A stretch of DNA of 64,000 bases from an uncultured Rikenellaceae bacterium (lineage in GTDB: Bacteria > Bacteroidota > Bacteroidia > Bacteroidales > VadinHA17). Location: assembly GCA_964466705.1 (NCBI GenBank), contig CAYXSM010000011.1:48193-112192 (forward strand), written 5' to 3'. The notes under the pieces are model-generated. The model had not been told where the DNA came from. It saw only the letters and a list, made by a program, of their open reading frames with translations, and did not search any database. A program made the position numbers and the translations under genes. This document shows, piece by piece, positions 38,282 to 47,010 of the stretch (its first letter is position 1; each line of letters starts with the position of its first letter).

Positions 38282-41104
38282 TTATCCGGGAGAGCTGACC
38301 TTGTTAACCAGATAAACCACTGACTTGTGAGATATACCGGAATGCAGGCTCAGGCCTATTTCACATGTCCGGCTGGTAGAGTATCCGTGTTTTACTTCCG
38401 GAGGTATCTGAGCTTTAAGATTCCGTAATCCATGCCGGTTGAGCTCAGGATATGTAAATCCTCTGTCTCCTGCAAATCCGCAGCAGTTAGTGTCAGGCAC
38501 TATTACTTCACCGGCACATTTCTTTGCCAGAGCAACCAGCATTTCTGTCAGTCCCATTTTTTTCATGCTGCAGACAGGAAAGACAGTGACTGTTTCATTA
38601 ACAGGTGTTATTTTAAGCCATGGAAGCAGGTATTCCGTGATGAACTGGACAGGTTCATAAAGCTTCAGTCCTGAGGTGAAATTCTCCTTCATTGTATAAA
38701 GACACGGGCTCATATCGCAGAGAACAGGAAACTCCCCGTTGTTACTTGCTTTAAGAAGAGCTTTTTCCAGTTCTTCGGACTTTTTTTCGCCGGCTTTTTT
38801 GTATCCTTTGCTGAGAAATGCCATTCCGCAACACAGCTCATCCATGTTTTCGGGAAAGACAGCTTCGTAACCGGCTTTATTAAGAAGACATATCATTTCC
38901 CGTGTGAGCTGGGCCTCTTCGTTATGATCTTTTGAAGTTCCCATTGAACGGTTTATGCACGACGGAAAATATACCACTTTTCGCAGGCCGTTGCTGATTA
39001 GAGGACCAGCTGCATTTATCTTTGTGGCACCGCCTGGCATATAAGGATTCCAGAAAGGGATTCTTCTTCCCGACATATTCCTGAGTCCTCCTGCAATCCA
39101 TTTCATAAGGGTTGTACCAAGGATTTTGTGGAACAGACTTACAAAAGAGAGTGCCTTTCGGGCAACAGATGTTACAAATGCCATATGATCTGCAATCCAG
39201 GATGCCACTCTCTGCCTGTTGCCGATTTTTTCAAGGCGCAGCTTTTTGACCAGCTTTCCCGTATCGATTTTGACCGGGCAGCTTATGGCACATAAACCGT
39301 CAGTAGCACATGTCTTATCTCCTTCATAAGAGTAGGAACGCACCAGAGAAGAGACTATATGGGGCTCCTGTCCGGTTTTAAGGAGGCTTGATATCTCCCT
39401 GTATACTACTATACGCTGCCTTGGTGAAAGGGTCAGGTCCGAGGACACACACGACGGTTCGCAGAAGCCGCATTCAATGCATTTATCTATTTCATCGTCA
39501 GCAGCGGGAATGGGCTTAAGATTCCTCAGATGTATTTCAGGATCCTGATTCAGAATGACACCCGGATTGAGAATGTTAAGCGGGTCAAAGATTTCCTTGA
39601 TCCTCTCCATTACCTGATATGCTTCTTTTCCCCATTCCTGCATTACAAAAGGAGCAACATTCCTTCCTGTTCCATGCTCCGCTTTCAGCGACCCGTCATA
39701 CCTGGCAACCACAAGGTCCGATACTTCAGCCATCAGGTTTTTATATCTCGCAATCTCCTCTTTGATTCCGAAATCCTGACTGAAAATAAAATGAAGGTTG
39801 CCTTCCAGGGCGTGACCATAGATTACGGCATCATTATAACCGTAATTCTTCAGAATATTCTGAAGGTCAGAAGTGGCGTCGCCAAGCCTTTGAATGGGGA
39901 AAGCGACATCTTCTATGATCACGGTTGTGCCTTTTTTTCTCATTGCACCTACTGACGGGAACAATCCTTTCCTTATGTCCCAGTAAACGGAATACTCTTT
40001 CGGATTATCCGTAAAAGTAAGGGGCATTTCTGACGGAATATCACTGATTGCTTCAAGGATTTTCTCAATCTGTCTGCCGAGATCCGGTTGATGATCTGTT
40101 GATGTTTCTACCAGCAGCGCACTTGCTCCGGGAGACAGCTTTTTAAGAAAGTCAGGCATACCGGGCTCATTCTCAACTGACCGCAGTCCTGATCGGTCGA
40201 TTATTTCCACTGCTGTCACCGGAGCAGATTTTAAGCGCACGACTGCTGTGCAGGCATGCCTAAGCCCCGGAAAGATCATCAGGGAACTGGCTTTGTATTT
40301 ATGCTCGGCTACTGTATTAAGATTAATTCCGGAAATAAAACCAAGAGTGCCTTCCGAACCTATCATCAGATGCTTTATTATATCAAAGACACCGGTGAAA
40401 TCGGTCAGCGCATTAAGGCTGTAACCGGTTGTGTTCTTGAGAAGGTATTTATGTTTAATCCTGTCTGACAGAGGCTTGTTTTCCTGCACTGACTTTGCCA
40501 GTGCCATAATATTTTTTACGAGGTCTGAATGTGATTCCAGGAAACAATCCCTGCTTTTTCCGTCACCTGTATCAAGAACCGTTCCGTCAGCAAGGACGAT
40601 CCGCAGGCTCTCAATGGTATTATATGCATTTTCTCCGGTTCCGCTGCTCATTCCGCTTGCATTGTTCGCAATTATTCCTCCTATGGTGGCTGCATTGATT
40701 GAGGCAGGGTCGGGACCAATCTTTCTGCCGTAAGGAGCCAGAAGAGAATTTATATAACCACCAGTCAGCCCGGGTTGCAGACTTATCTTTAAGCCATTAT
40801 CGGTAATGCTGTAATTTTTCCAGTAGTCTGATGCTATTACAAGAACGGAATCGGTTATGGCCTGACCTGAAAGACTTGTTCCGGCTGCACGGAATGTTAC
40901 GGGGATCCTGAGCGAGGAGCATTCCCTTACAATAAGAGATATTTCGCCCTCGTCTTTTGCCTTGATAACCATTTTCGGGATCAGCCGGTAGAAACTTGCA
41001 TCGGCACCAAAGGCCAGGGTGTGCAGAGGATCATGGTATATCCTTTTTTTATCTATTTGTCTGACTAATCTGTTATATAGATCAAGATGTTTTCCATTAA
41101 GCAT
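38282..41104 (-). CDS. FAD-linked oxidase fused to Fe-S/CCG domains (YdiJ / D-lactate- or D-2-hydroxyacid-dehydrogenase-like), cytoplasmic
   Basis: 940 aa. N-terminal FAD PCMH-type domain, 4Fe-4S motifs CIECGFCEPSC and CATDGLCAISCP, and two CCG motifs (CCGMAF, CCGFAGD). Confidence 0.85.
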   Translation of the reverse strand: MLNGKHLDLYNRLVRQIDKKRIYHDPLHTLAFGADASFYRLIPKMVIKAKDEGEISLIVRECSSLRIPVTFRAAGTSLSGQAITDSVLVIASDYWKNYSITDNGLKISLQPGLTGGYINSLLAPYGRKIGPDPASINAATIGGIIANNASGMSSGTGENAYNTIESLRIVLADGTVLDTGDGKSRDCFLESHSDLVKNIMALAKSVQENKPLSDRIKHKYLLKNTTGYSLNALTDFTGVFDIIKHLMIGSEGTLGFISGINLNTVAEHKYKASSLMIFPGLRHACTAVVRLKSAPVTAVEIIDRSGLRSVENEPGMPDFLKKLSPGASALLVETSTDHQPDLGRQIEKILEAISDIPSEMPLTFTDNPKEYSVYWDIRKGLFPSVGAMRKKGTTVIIEDVAFPIQRLGDATSDLQNILKNYGYNDAVIYGHALEGNLHFIFSQDFGIKEEIARYKNLMAEVSDLVVARYDGSLKAEHGTGRNVAPFVMQEWGKEAYQVMERIKEIFDPLNILNPGVILNQDPEIHLRNLKPIPAADDEIDKCIECGFCEPSCVSSDLTLSPRQRIVVYREISSLLKTGQEPHIVSSLVRSYSYEGDKTCATDGLCAISCPVKIDTGKLVKKLRLEKIGNRQRVASWIADHMAFVTSVARKALSFVSLFHKILGTTLMKWIAGGLRNMSGRRIPFWNPYMPGGATKINAAGPLISNGLRKVVYFPSCINRSMGTSKDHNEEAQLTREMICLLNKAGYEAVFPENMDELCCGMAFLSKGYKKAGEKKSEELEKALLKASNNGEFPVLCDMSPCLYTMKENFTSGLKLYEPVQFITEYLLPWLKITPVNETVTVFPVCSMKKMGLTEMLVALAKKCAGEVIVPDTNCCGFAGDRGFTYPELNRHGLRNLKAQIPPEVKHGYSTSRTCEIGLSLHSGISHKSVVYLVNKVSSPG

Positions 41105-41184
41105 TGTTTAATTGTATTTCACCCGGAGACACAAATTCCGGAACAAATTATCATAAAAGATTTTTCACCAATACATCCAGAGTT

Positions 41185-42453
41185 TTAAAGTTCCGAAATT
41201 TTAATATTTTTCCACCTGACTTTTATTCCTCCGCCATCGTGGATCTGCAGAAGTATGCGACCCTGTCCCTGTCCTATTTTTTCATCATTCAGGTCTGTCA
41301 TCAATTCCCCGTTAAGCCATGTGGTCACATTATCACCGACGGTTTTGATGCGCAGGGTATTCCAGTCTTTTGCCTCAAGAAAGGTTTCTTTTTCATCCGG
41401 GATCCTTGCAATCCAGCCTCTGCCGTATGATTCATATATGCCGCCGGTGTCGTGTCCGGGAGGAGCTACCTCAACCTGCCATCCTGATATCTCAACATCC
41501 CTCTTTATATATGAGCGGATGAATACTCCGCTGTTCCCATTGGAGATCAGTTTGAAGTCCAGACTGAGGTCAAAATCATTATAGTATTTTCTTGTACCAA
41601 GGTAACCGTATTTTTTTTCCGGACCGCTTTCGCAAACAAGCTCTCCGTTGTCAACATACCACAGTTCGGTTCCATAAGCTTCCCATCCGGTCAGATCAAC
41701 ACCGTTAAATAGCACCTCCTCCCTGGGTTTGCGTGGCAGTTCTTTCAGCTTTATGTTCTTGTACCATGTTTTGCTGCCATGATCCTGCAGGGAAATATAA
41801 CCTTTTCTTGCAAGTCCGTACTCAGGGGCATAGTCCCATTTACCGCCTGACCGGCGTTCGAACCAGTCATCGGACCATGCTTCGAATTCAATGATCTTTT
41901 CCCCGTTGAGCCAGTGTTCAACGTGACCGTTGTCAAAAACTATTTTGGAGGAATTCCAAAGTCCTGCCTTTTTTACAATCTTTTTATCCGGATCAGGCAC
42001 ATACATTGCATAATCAGCGCCAGCCTTCTGCCAATCCTCGAGTTTTTCAGGAAAGCCCAGATCGTCAATTACCTGGTACTCAGGACCTGAAACATACGGT
42101 ACTTTATACTCAGGACGTTCAAGGACATGATATAATACCCCGCTGTTTCCCCCTTCAGCTATTTTCCAGTCAAAGGTGAGAATAAAGTTCTCATACTGCT
42201 TCTCGGTAACAATGTAACCTGTGCTATCGCTCCCAAGTCCCAGTCCTGATAGAGATCCGCGATCAACTTTCCATGGGCCTTTCAGGTCTTCTCCCTGGAA
42301 ATCGCGCCAGCCATTCAGCGTCTTACCATCGAACAGCAGGGTCCAGCCTTCCTCTGCTTCCAGTAAGGTCAGCTTGTTGTCGGCTTGTTTACAGCCTGTA
42401 AATACTAATCCCGTAAAAAGGATAATTGTCAGGGAAAAAAGTTTTTGTTTCAT
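41185..42453 (-). CDS. Lipoprotein with two tandem DUF1080 (3-keto-disaccharide-hydrolase-like) domains
   Basis: Lipobox FTGC. Two repeats each carry LFDGKxLxGW / NSGVxxx / WLNG / LQxHG...KNIK (LLFDGKTLNGW...ISLQDHGSKTWYKNIKLKEL and VLFNGVDLTGW...LLQIHDGGGIKVRWKNIKISEL). Confidence 0.75.
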   Translation of the reverse strand: MKQKLFSLTIILFTGLVFTGCKQADNKLTLLEAEEGWTLLFDGKTLNGWRDFQGEDLKGPWKVDRGSLSGLGLGSDSTGYIVTEKQYENFILTFDWKIAEGGNSGVLYHVLERPEYKVPYVSGPEYQVIDDLGFPEKLEDWQKAGADYAMYVPDPDKKIVKKAGLWNSSKIVFDNGHVEHWLNGEKIIEFEAWSDDWFERRSGGKWDYAPEYGLARKGYISLQDHGSKTWYKNIKLKELPRKPREEVLFNGVDLTGWEAYGTELWYVDNGELVCESGPEKKYGYLGTRKYYNDFDLSLDFKLISNGNSGVFIRSYIKRDVEISGWQVEVAPPGHDTGGIYESYGRGWIARIPDEKETFLEAKDWNTLRIKTVGDNVTTWLNGELMTDLNDEKIGQGQGRILLQIHDGGGIKVRWKNIKISEL

Positions 42454-42847
42454 TTTCTTAAGTTTATCTGATTTAATTGAAATTTGCCTATGTCGTTAAG
42501 ATATTGTCAGTTACTTTTTTCAGGTTGTTATTACGCGGCCTTCAAACTTTTCAGGATCAGAGTCAGCAAAATATAAAAAAAACCAATAAAAGACTGATCC
42601 CGCAGATCAAAATTATTCCCTCAATTTCGATAAAGTGTTGCTCTGATCTGAAATACTGCTGAAATGACTATGTTTTTTTCTCTTTACAGAGTTTGTTAAT
42701 AAAGTGCAGCATGATTAAACAATGGTTATTATGCCATAAAGGATACAAAGGCCGGAACAACGGACCTGATAGCCGGCAGAGAATTGTTGGTCAGTTTTGC
42801 TTTGTGTTGACAGTATCAGGTCAACAGGTGTATTTTTCTTAATGACT

Positions 42848-44146
42848 TTACAGTGAATACACTGGTATTTTAAGCAGTTCCCCGTCATTTAATGCTGATT
42901 TGTGTGCCACAATTCCTGGGACTGTCATATTAAGGGCAGATACAATATCGATCAGAGGCTTACGGTCCAGAAGGATTGATTCGATGAACTCATTCATCAG
43001 GTTTCCGTGCGATCCTCCGTGGCCGCCTGCAGGTACTCCCGGGGGAAGCGGGGGACGTCTCAGGTCAGGAAGGTTTTTCTCAAGACCTTCGTATCTGCCA
43101 TAAAACGATCCTCTCTGTCCTCTGATCCTTCCTCTCTCTCCACCGTCACCGGGTGTGTCCCAGCTGACACCCATCCGGGCCATTCCCCCTTCACTGGTCC
43201 GGAAAAGGGCTATTTCAGTGCCATATGGATTTTTATAAATGTTGTTTTCAGGCCTCAGGTGCGCAATGATACTGGGCATTCCGGCACATGATACTTCAGT
43301 GAAAGCACCACCTGTTACCCCTGTATGATAGGCATTTGAGTGAGTGGGATACCATTGAGGCGGAAGTCCGATACGCCATCCCCTGAATGAGTCAATGGGC
43401 TCGCTCATATAGTGAAAATATTCGCCTTCAGAATAGACCAGTTTCCCGAAGCCCCCCATGTCGCAGACCTTCCGCATGGCATACAGGTCTTCCCTGAAGC
43501 ATGATGTTTCAAACATCATATATTTTAATCCGCTCGATCTGACTTCCTCAAACAGTTTGTCTGCATCTTCAAGTGAACCGAAAACGGCAGGAACTGCACA
43601 GGCCACATGTTTTCCATGGCGGAGAGCATCGATGACATGTCTGGCATGACCGGGAGCATCCGTTGCCACAAAGACTGCTTCAATATTCTCATCTTTGACG
43701 AGCTCCTCAAGTGACGGATAAGTCCTGGAACAATTGCATACCCTTGCGAGCTCAGAACACCTGTCAGGGAAAAGGTCACTTACCGCCACTATCTCCACAT
43801 TCGGGTGATTCTGGAAACCAAAATCAGCTCCAAACCTGCATACTCCATAACCTACGATACCTACACGAACCTTACGGTCGGTCAAAGGCTCCCAGACTCT
43901 GATTGATCCATTATCGTCCGGCTCTCTTTCAAATCCCTGTATCGGAGGGATATCTGACTGTTCACTAAGTGGTTTTCTGCCGACAGAACATCCGGACTGT
44001 GTAATCCCGTATGCAGCTGCTCCAATCCCTGCAACACGGATAAAATTACGCCTGGAAAAGGTCCTGTCTGTTTGTGATCTGTCAGCTTGGCATGGAGAGA
44101 TATTTTCTTTGCTATTTCCGGTTTTTCTTTCTGGCTTTGCTTTCAT
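42848..44146 (-). CDS. Tat-signal Gfo/Idh/MocA-family NAD(P) oxidoreductase (dehydrogenase or GH109-like)
   Basis: FSRRNFIRVAGIGAAAYG twin-arginine signal, Rossmann VGIVGYGVCRFG, and a Gfo/Idh/MocA C-terminal alpha/beta domain. Confidence 0.8.
   Translation of the reverse strand: MKAKPERKTGNSKENISPCQADRSQTDRTFSRRNFIRVAGIGAAAYGITQSGCSVGRKPLSEQSDIPPIQGFEREPDDNGSIRVWEPLTDRKVRVGIVGYGVCRFGADFGFQNHPNVEIVAVSDLFPDRCSELARVCNCSRTYPSLEELVKDENIEAVFVATDAPGHARHVIDALRHGKHVACAVPAVFGSLEDADKLFEEVRSSGLKYMMFETSCFREDLYAMRKVCDMGGFGKLVYSEGEYFHYMSEPIDSFRGWRIGLPPQWYPTHSNAYHTGVTGGAFTEVSCAGMPSIIAHLRPENNIYKNPYGTEIALFRTSEGGMARMGVSWDTPGDGGERGRIRGQRGSFYGRYEGLEKNLPDLRRPPLPPGVPAGGHGGSHGNLMNEFIESILLDRKPLIDIVSALNMTVPGIVAHKSALNDGELLKIPVYSL
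44036..44056 (-). other. Twin-arginine motif (SRRNFIR) of the Gfo/Idh/MocA protein
   Basis: Codons verified: TCC AGG CGT AAT TTT ATC CGT. Confidence 0.65.
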
Positions 44147-44213
44147 CTCAGATATTTTTAATAAAGACTTTAAAAATCACACAGGTCAGGAGAGTCAATA
44201 TAATTTGAAATAT

Positions 44214-46466
44214 TTAATCGGGGGATAAGCACCACTTTACCAGAGGCAGATATTCCGTACCTTCCTGAATTACCCTGATGTTTTCCGCTGCATTTTTTGA
44301 GGAATAAACAGTGCGGGGAAATTCAAGTTCCTGATTTATCAGGCTTGCAGGAGCTGACTCAAGCATCTGGTCTTTCAGACCAATAAAAGCTACCCTTCGT
44401 GGGGCTAAGGAACCAATCAGGTCGGGCAGATCATATCCTGTAAGGACACCGGCCACACCCCATGAAAAATCAATTTCATAAGGGTGGTGTACTCCGCCTC
44501 CTTCGCGTTCGGTCATTCCTAATTTATAGTACCTGTTCATGGCAACTGACCTGTATGAAATGGGAGAACCAATAAGCACAACACCCTTTATTGCTGGTTC
44601 TAAAGCGGCTGCATGAATAAGAGGCAGGCACATTTCATCAATGCCGGCTGCACCAATTCTGTCCGGGTCAACTCCCGTCCTGCCGGTCAGATATCTGGCC
44701 ACCCTGGCTATATCACCTGCCTGAATGCCAACTATGCTTTTACCTGTCAGGACAGAAGTGTAACCAGGAGCCATGTTTCTTGTTGCTGTGTTCGTTGTTT
44801 CGCCGTTACCGAGGACATCGGCCGCTGCTACGACAAAACCGCTCTTTACAAGCTTTTCTGCTGCACCGCCTTCATGTGCTTCGGTTATTTTTCCTTCAGG
44901 ATGAAGATATATCAGGGCAGGACTCTTCTCCGACTGATAATCCGGTATAAATAGAAGGAATGGGATAACATAATCACCTTCGCCCCTGATCGCAAGTTTT
45001 TCAACTGTATATCCGTCTCTCTGATAACGCCCGTTAATAAAGGCAACAGGGATCTCGGAGGGTTTTGTGTAACCTGAGATCTCCTGTGCCCTGGCCTTTA
45101 TTTGTTCAAGATGCATTTCAGGATTCCTTCTGGAGATGACAAGGTTGTCATTAAGGCTCGCTGCGATTTTTTTGTTCGCATCAAAAATAGTCTTTCCACC
45201 AAGATATGTGGTAACCTGCCCTGTGGGGGTTACTGTTAATTCATTAACAGATAACAGTTTTGTTTCGGTCTCAGTACAATCGCCTTGAATGCCGAAATGT
45301 TTCATGAAGAATGAGTAGATTGCCTCTCTTATTTTTGGAGTCAGCCAGTGTCTGTAATCATCCTCCACCATCTGAATATTTTCACTTAAGCCAAATGCAT
45401 CGTAGGCCCTCTGTGCTTCTGCCAATGCTTCCCTGGCCCCCTGTAGCGAAAGATATTCGTCTCTTGATACAAATGTCAGCAGTGTGGGTTTTGGAGCTCT
45501 TACTTCCAGGAGATCCTCAAAAGTTATACCTTCAGCCACTCCACGATAAAATTCTGTCTCTGCATCCTGTGCTCCTTTGGTCTCAAGCTGCCTTCTGGAT
45601 GCAGTAGCCCAGCTGCAGGGCACTGATACTTTCACTCTTTCGTCAAAAGCAGCAATATATGAGGCAACTGTTCCTCCTCCAGAAAATCCTGTAACCCCGA
45701 TTCTCTCAGGATCGACATAATCGAGTGAAAGAAGATAATCAATTCCCCTTATGCCTTCCCATGTAAAATACATAGCAGCAGAAGATCCTGTTAGAAAACA
45801 CTGATTACCCAGATAAGAGTGTTCAATTACAGAGTACCCGATCCTGGAGAAGTTTATTTCAGGGTCAAAATACTGGAGATGTTCGCCCTGTCCGGGAGGA
45901 TCGATGGCCAGTACGACAATTCCCTTCTTAACGAGATTGAGTATAACAATCTGGTACAATTCGGCCCTGAAAGCCTCCTGGTTATGTCCGATTACATTCA
46001 GCACTGCCGGCGCTTTGCTGTCGATTACATCGGGAACAAAAAGGCAACCCGTAACATATGATTCAGGCATAGCCTCATATATGAGTTTCTCAACACGGAA
46101 GCCTTTTTTTCTGACAATTCCGGTAATCAGGGGATTTAGCGGGGTACGTTCAGGAAAGGGGCCAACTATCTTGTTAAGTTTGATTCTGACATGCTCCTGA
46201 CGCTTTGTCCAGTCATCTGATGTTTCAAGCCTGGCAATTTCTTTGTCTCTGATTTTGTAATATTCACCGGCCTGATTAAGCAAATGGTTGATGAGAAGGC
46301 TGCCTGGATTATTCCACCTTATCCACTGATCAAGTACATTGAGATTTTCTTTCTCTCTGTACTGGATGCTGACAAAAGATCCGGTGCCTGTATCTTTTTG
46401 CGCAGTTACAGATGCAGCTGAGAATAAAAAAAAACAGGCTGATGCAAATAGTAATTTTGGTTTCAT
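44214..46466 (-). CDS. Exported two-lobe alpha/beta hydrolase, paralogue of 30989-33181
   Basis: 750 aa with a signal peptide. Nucleophile elbow GVTGFSGGG. Colinear with the 730-aa paralogue from the N-terminal helical cap to the C-terminus. Confidence 0.7.
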   Translation of the reverse strand: MKPKLLFASACFFLFSAASVTAQKDTGTGSFVSIQYREKENLNVLDQWIRWNNPGSLLINHLLNQAGEYYKIRDKEIARLETSDDWTKRQEHVRIKLNKIVGPFPERTPLNPLITGIVRKKGFRVEKLIYEAMPESYVTGCLFVPDVIDSKAPAVLNVIGHNQEAFRAELYQIVILNLVKKGIVVLAIDPPGQGEHLQYFDPEINFSRIGYSVIEHSYLGNQCFLTGSSAAMYFTWEGIRGIDYLLSLDYVDPERIGVTGFSGGGTVASYIAAFDERVKVSVPCSWATASRRQLETKGAQDAETEFYRGVAEGITFEDLLEVRAPKPTLLTFVSRDEYLSLQGAREALAEAQRAYDAFGLSENIQMVEDDYRHWLTPKIREAIYSFFMKHFGIQGDCTETETKLLSVNELTVTPTGQVTTYLGGKTIFDANKKIAASLNDNLVISRRNPEMHLEQIKARAQEISGYTKPSEIPVAFINGRYQRDGYTVEKLAIRGEGDYVIPFLLFIPDYQSEKSPALIYLHPEGKITEAHEGGAAEKLVKSGFVVAAADVLGNGETTNTATRNMAPGYTSVLTGKSIVGIQAGDIARVARYLTGRTGVDPDRIGAAGIDEMCLPLIHAAALEPAIKGVVLIGSPISYRSVAMNRYYKLGMTEREGGGVHHPYEIDFSWGVAGVLTGYDLPDLIGSLAPRRVAFIGLKDQMLESAPASLINQELEFPRTVYSSKNAAENIRVIQEGTEYLPLVKWCLSPD

Positions 46467-46468
46467 TT

Positions 46469-46927
46469 TTATTTTAACTTCTCAATTTTCCATAACTCTC
46501 CGTTCTTTACGGAAATATCTGATGTTTCAATGATAACTTCTCTTTTAAGCGATTTAACAGTTGTTTTCCTGTTTTGCAGGATTTCCTCCAGGGAATAAGT
46601 TCCTTCCTCCGGCACCTTTATCCTTATTTTCGCTTTTTCCTTAGTTTTGCCGTGGTTAAGCACATAAAGCAGGTGACCTCCCGGGTAGTTGTGCAGACGC
46701 ACAACAAGGGGATTTTTCTTTTCTCCTTCCTGTGTAATATCAAACGGCCTTTCAATTTTAGCCCATTCGACAAGGCCTGATAGAAACCTGTTAACATTCT
46801 CGTTGGCAGAGTCCTGAACCGTCAGACGCTGAGTTGACTGATCCCACAGCGATCCTCTCGAGTTAGCCATTGCGATGAATGATCCGATAAAAATTGTGTG
46901 CCCCATACCGTAATCTGATGATATCAT
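46469..46927 (-). CDS. Short ORF resembling only the C-terminal part of a GH42-type beta-galactosidase; either a gene remnant or a stand-alone domain
   Basis: 152 aa with no signal peptide. ...LVVRLHNYPGGHLLYVLNHGKTKEKAKIRIKV...ELWKIEKL resembles the GH42 C-terminal beta-sandwich. The stop lies 2 nt from the next start. Confidence 0.35.
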   Translation of the reverse strand: MISSDYGMGHTIFIGSFIAMANSRGSLWDQSTQRLTVQDSANENVNRFLSGLVEWAKIERPFDITQEGEKKNPLVVRLHNYPGGHLLYVLNHGKTKEKAKIRIKVPEEGTYSLEEILQNRKTTVKSLKREVIIETSDISVKNGELWKIEKLK

Positions 46928-47010
46928 GCCGGTAATTTGAGATCTTACATAGAGTCAGACGGTGATCCGTACTGCTTTGAGGATTGTTTTGGTAATCCCT
47001 GTTCCGGTTT

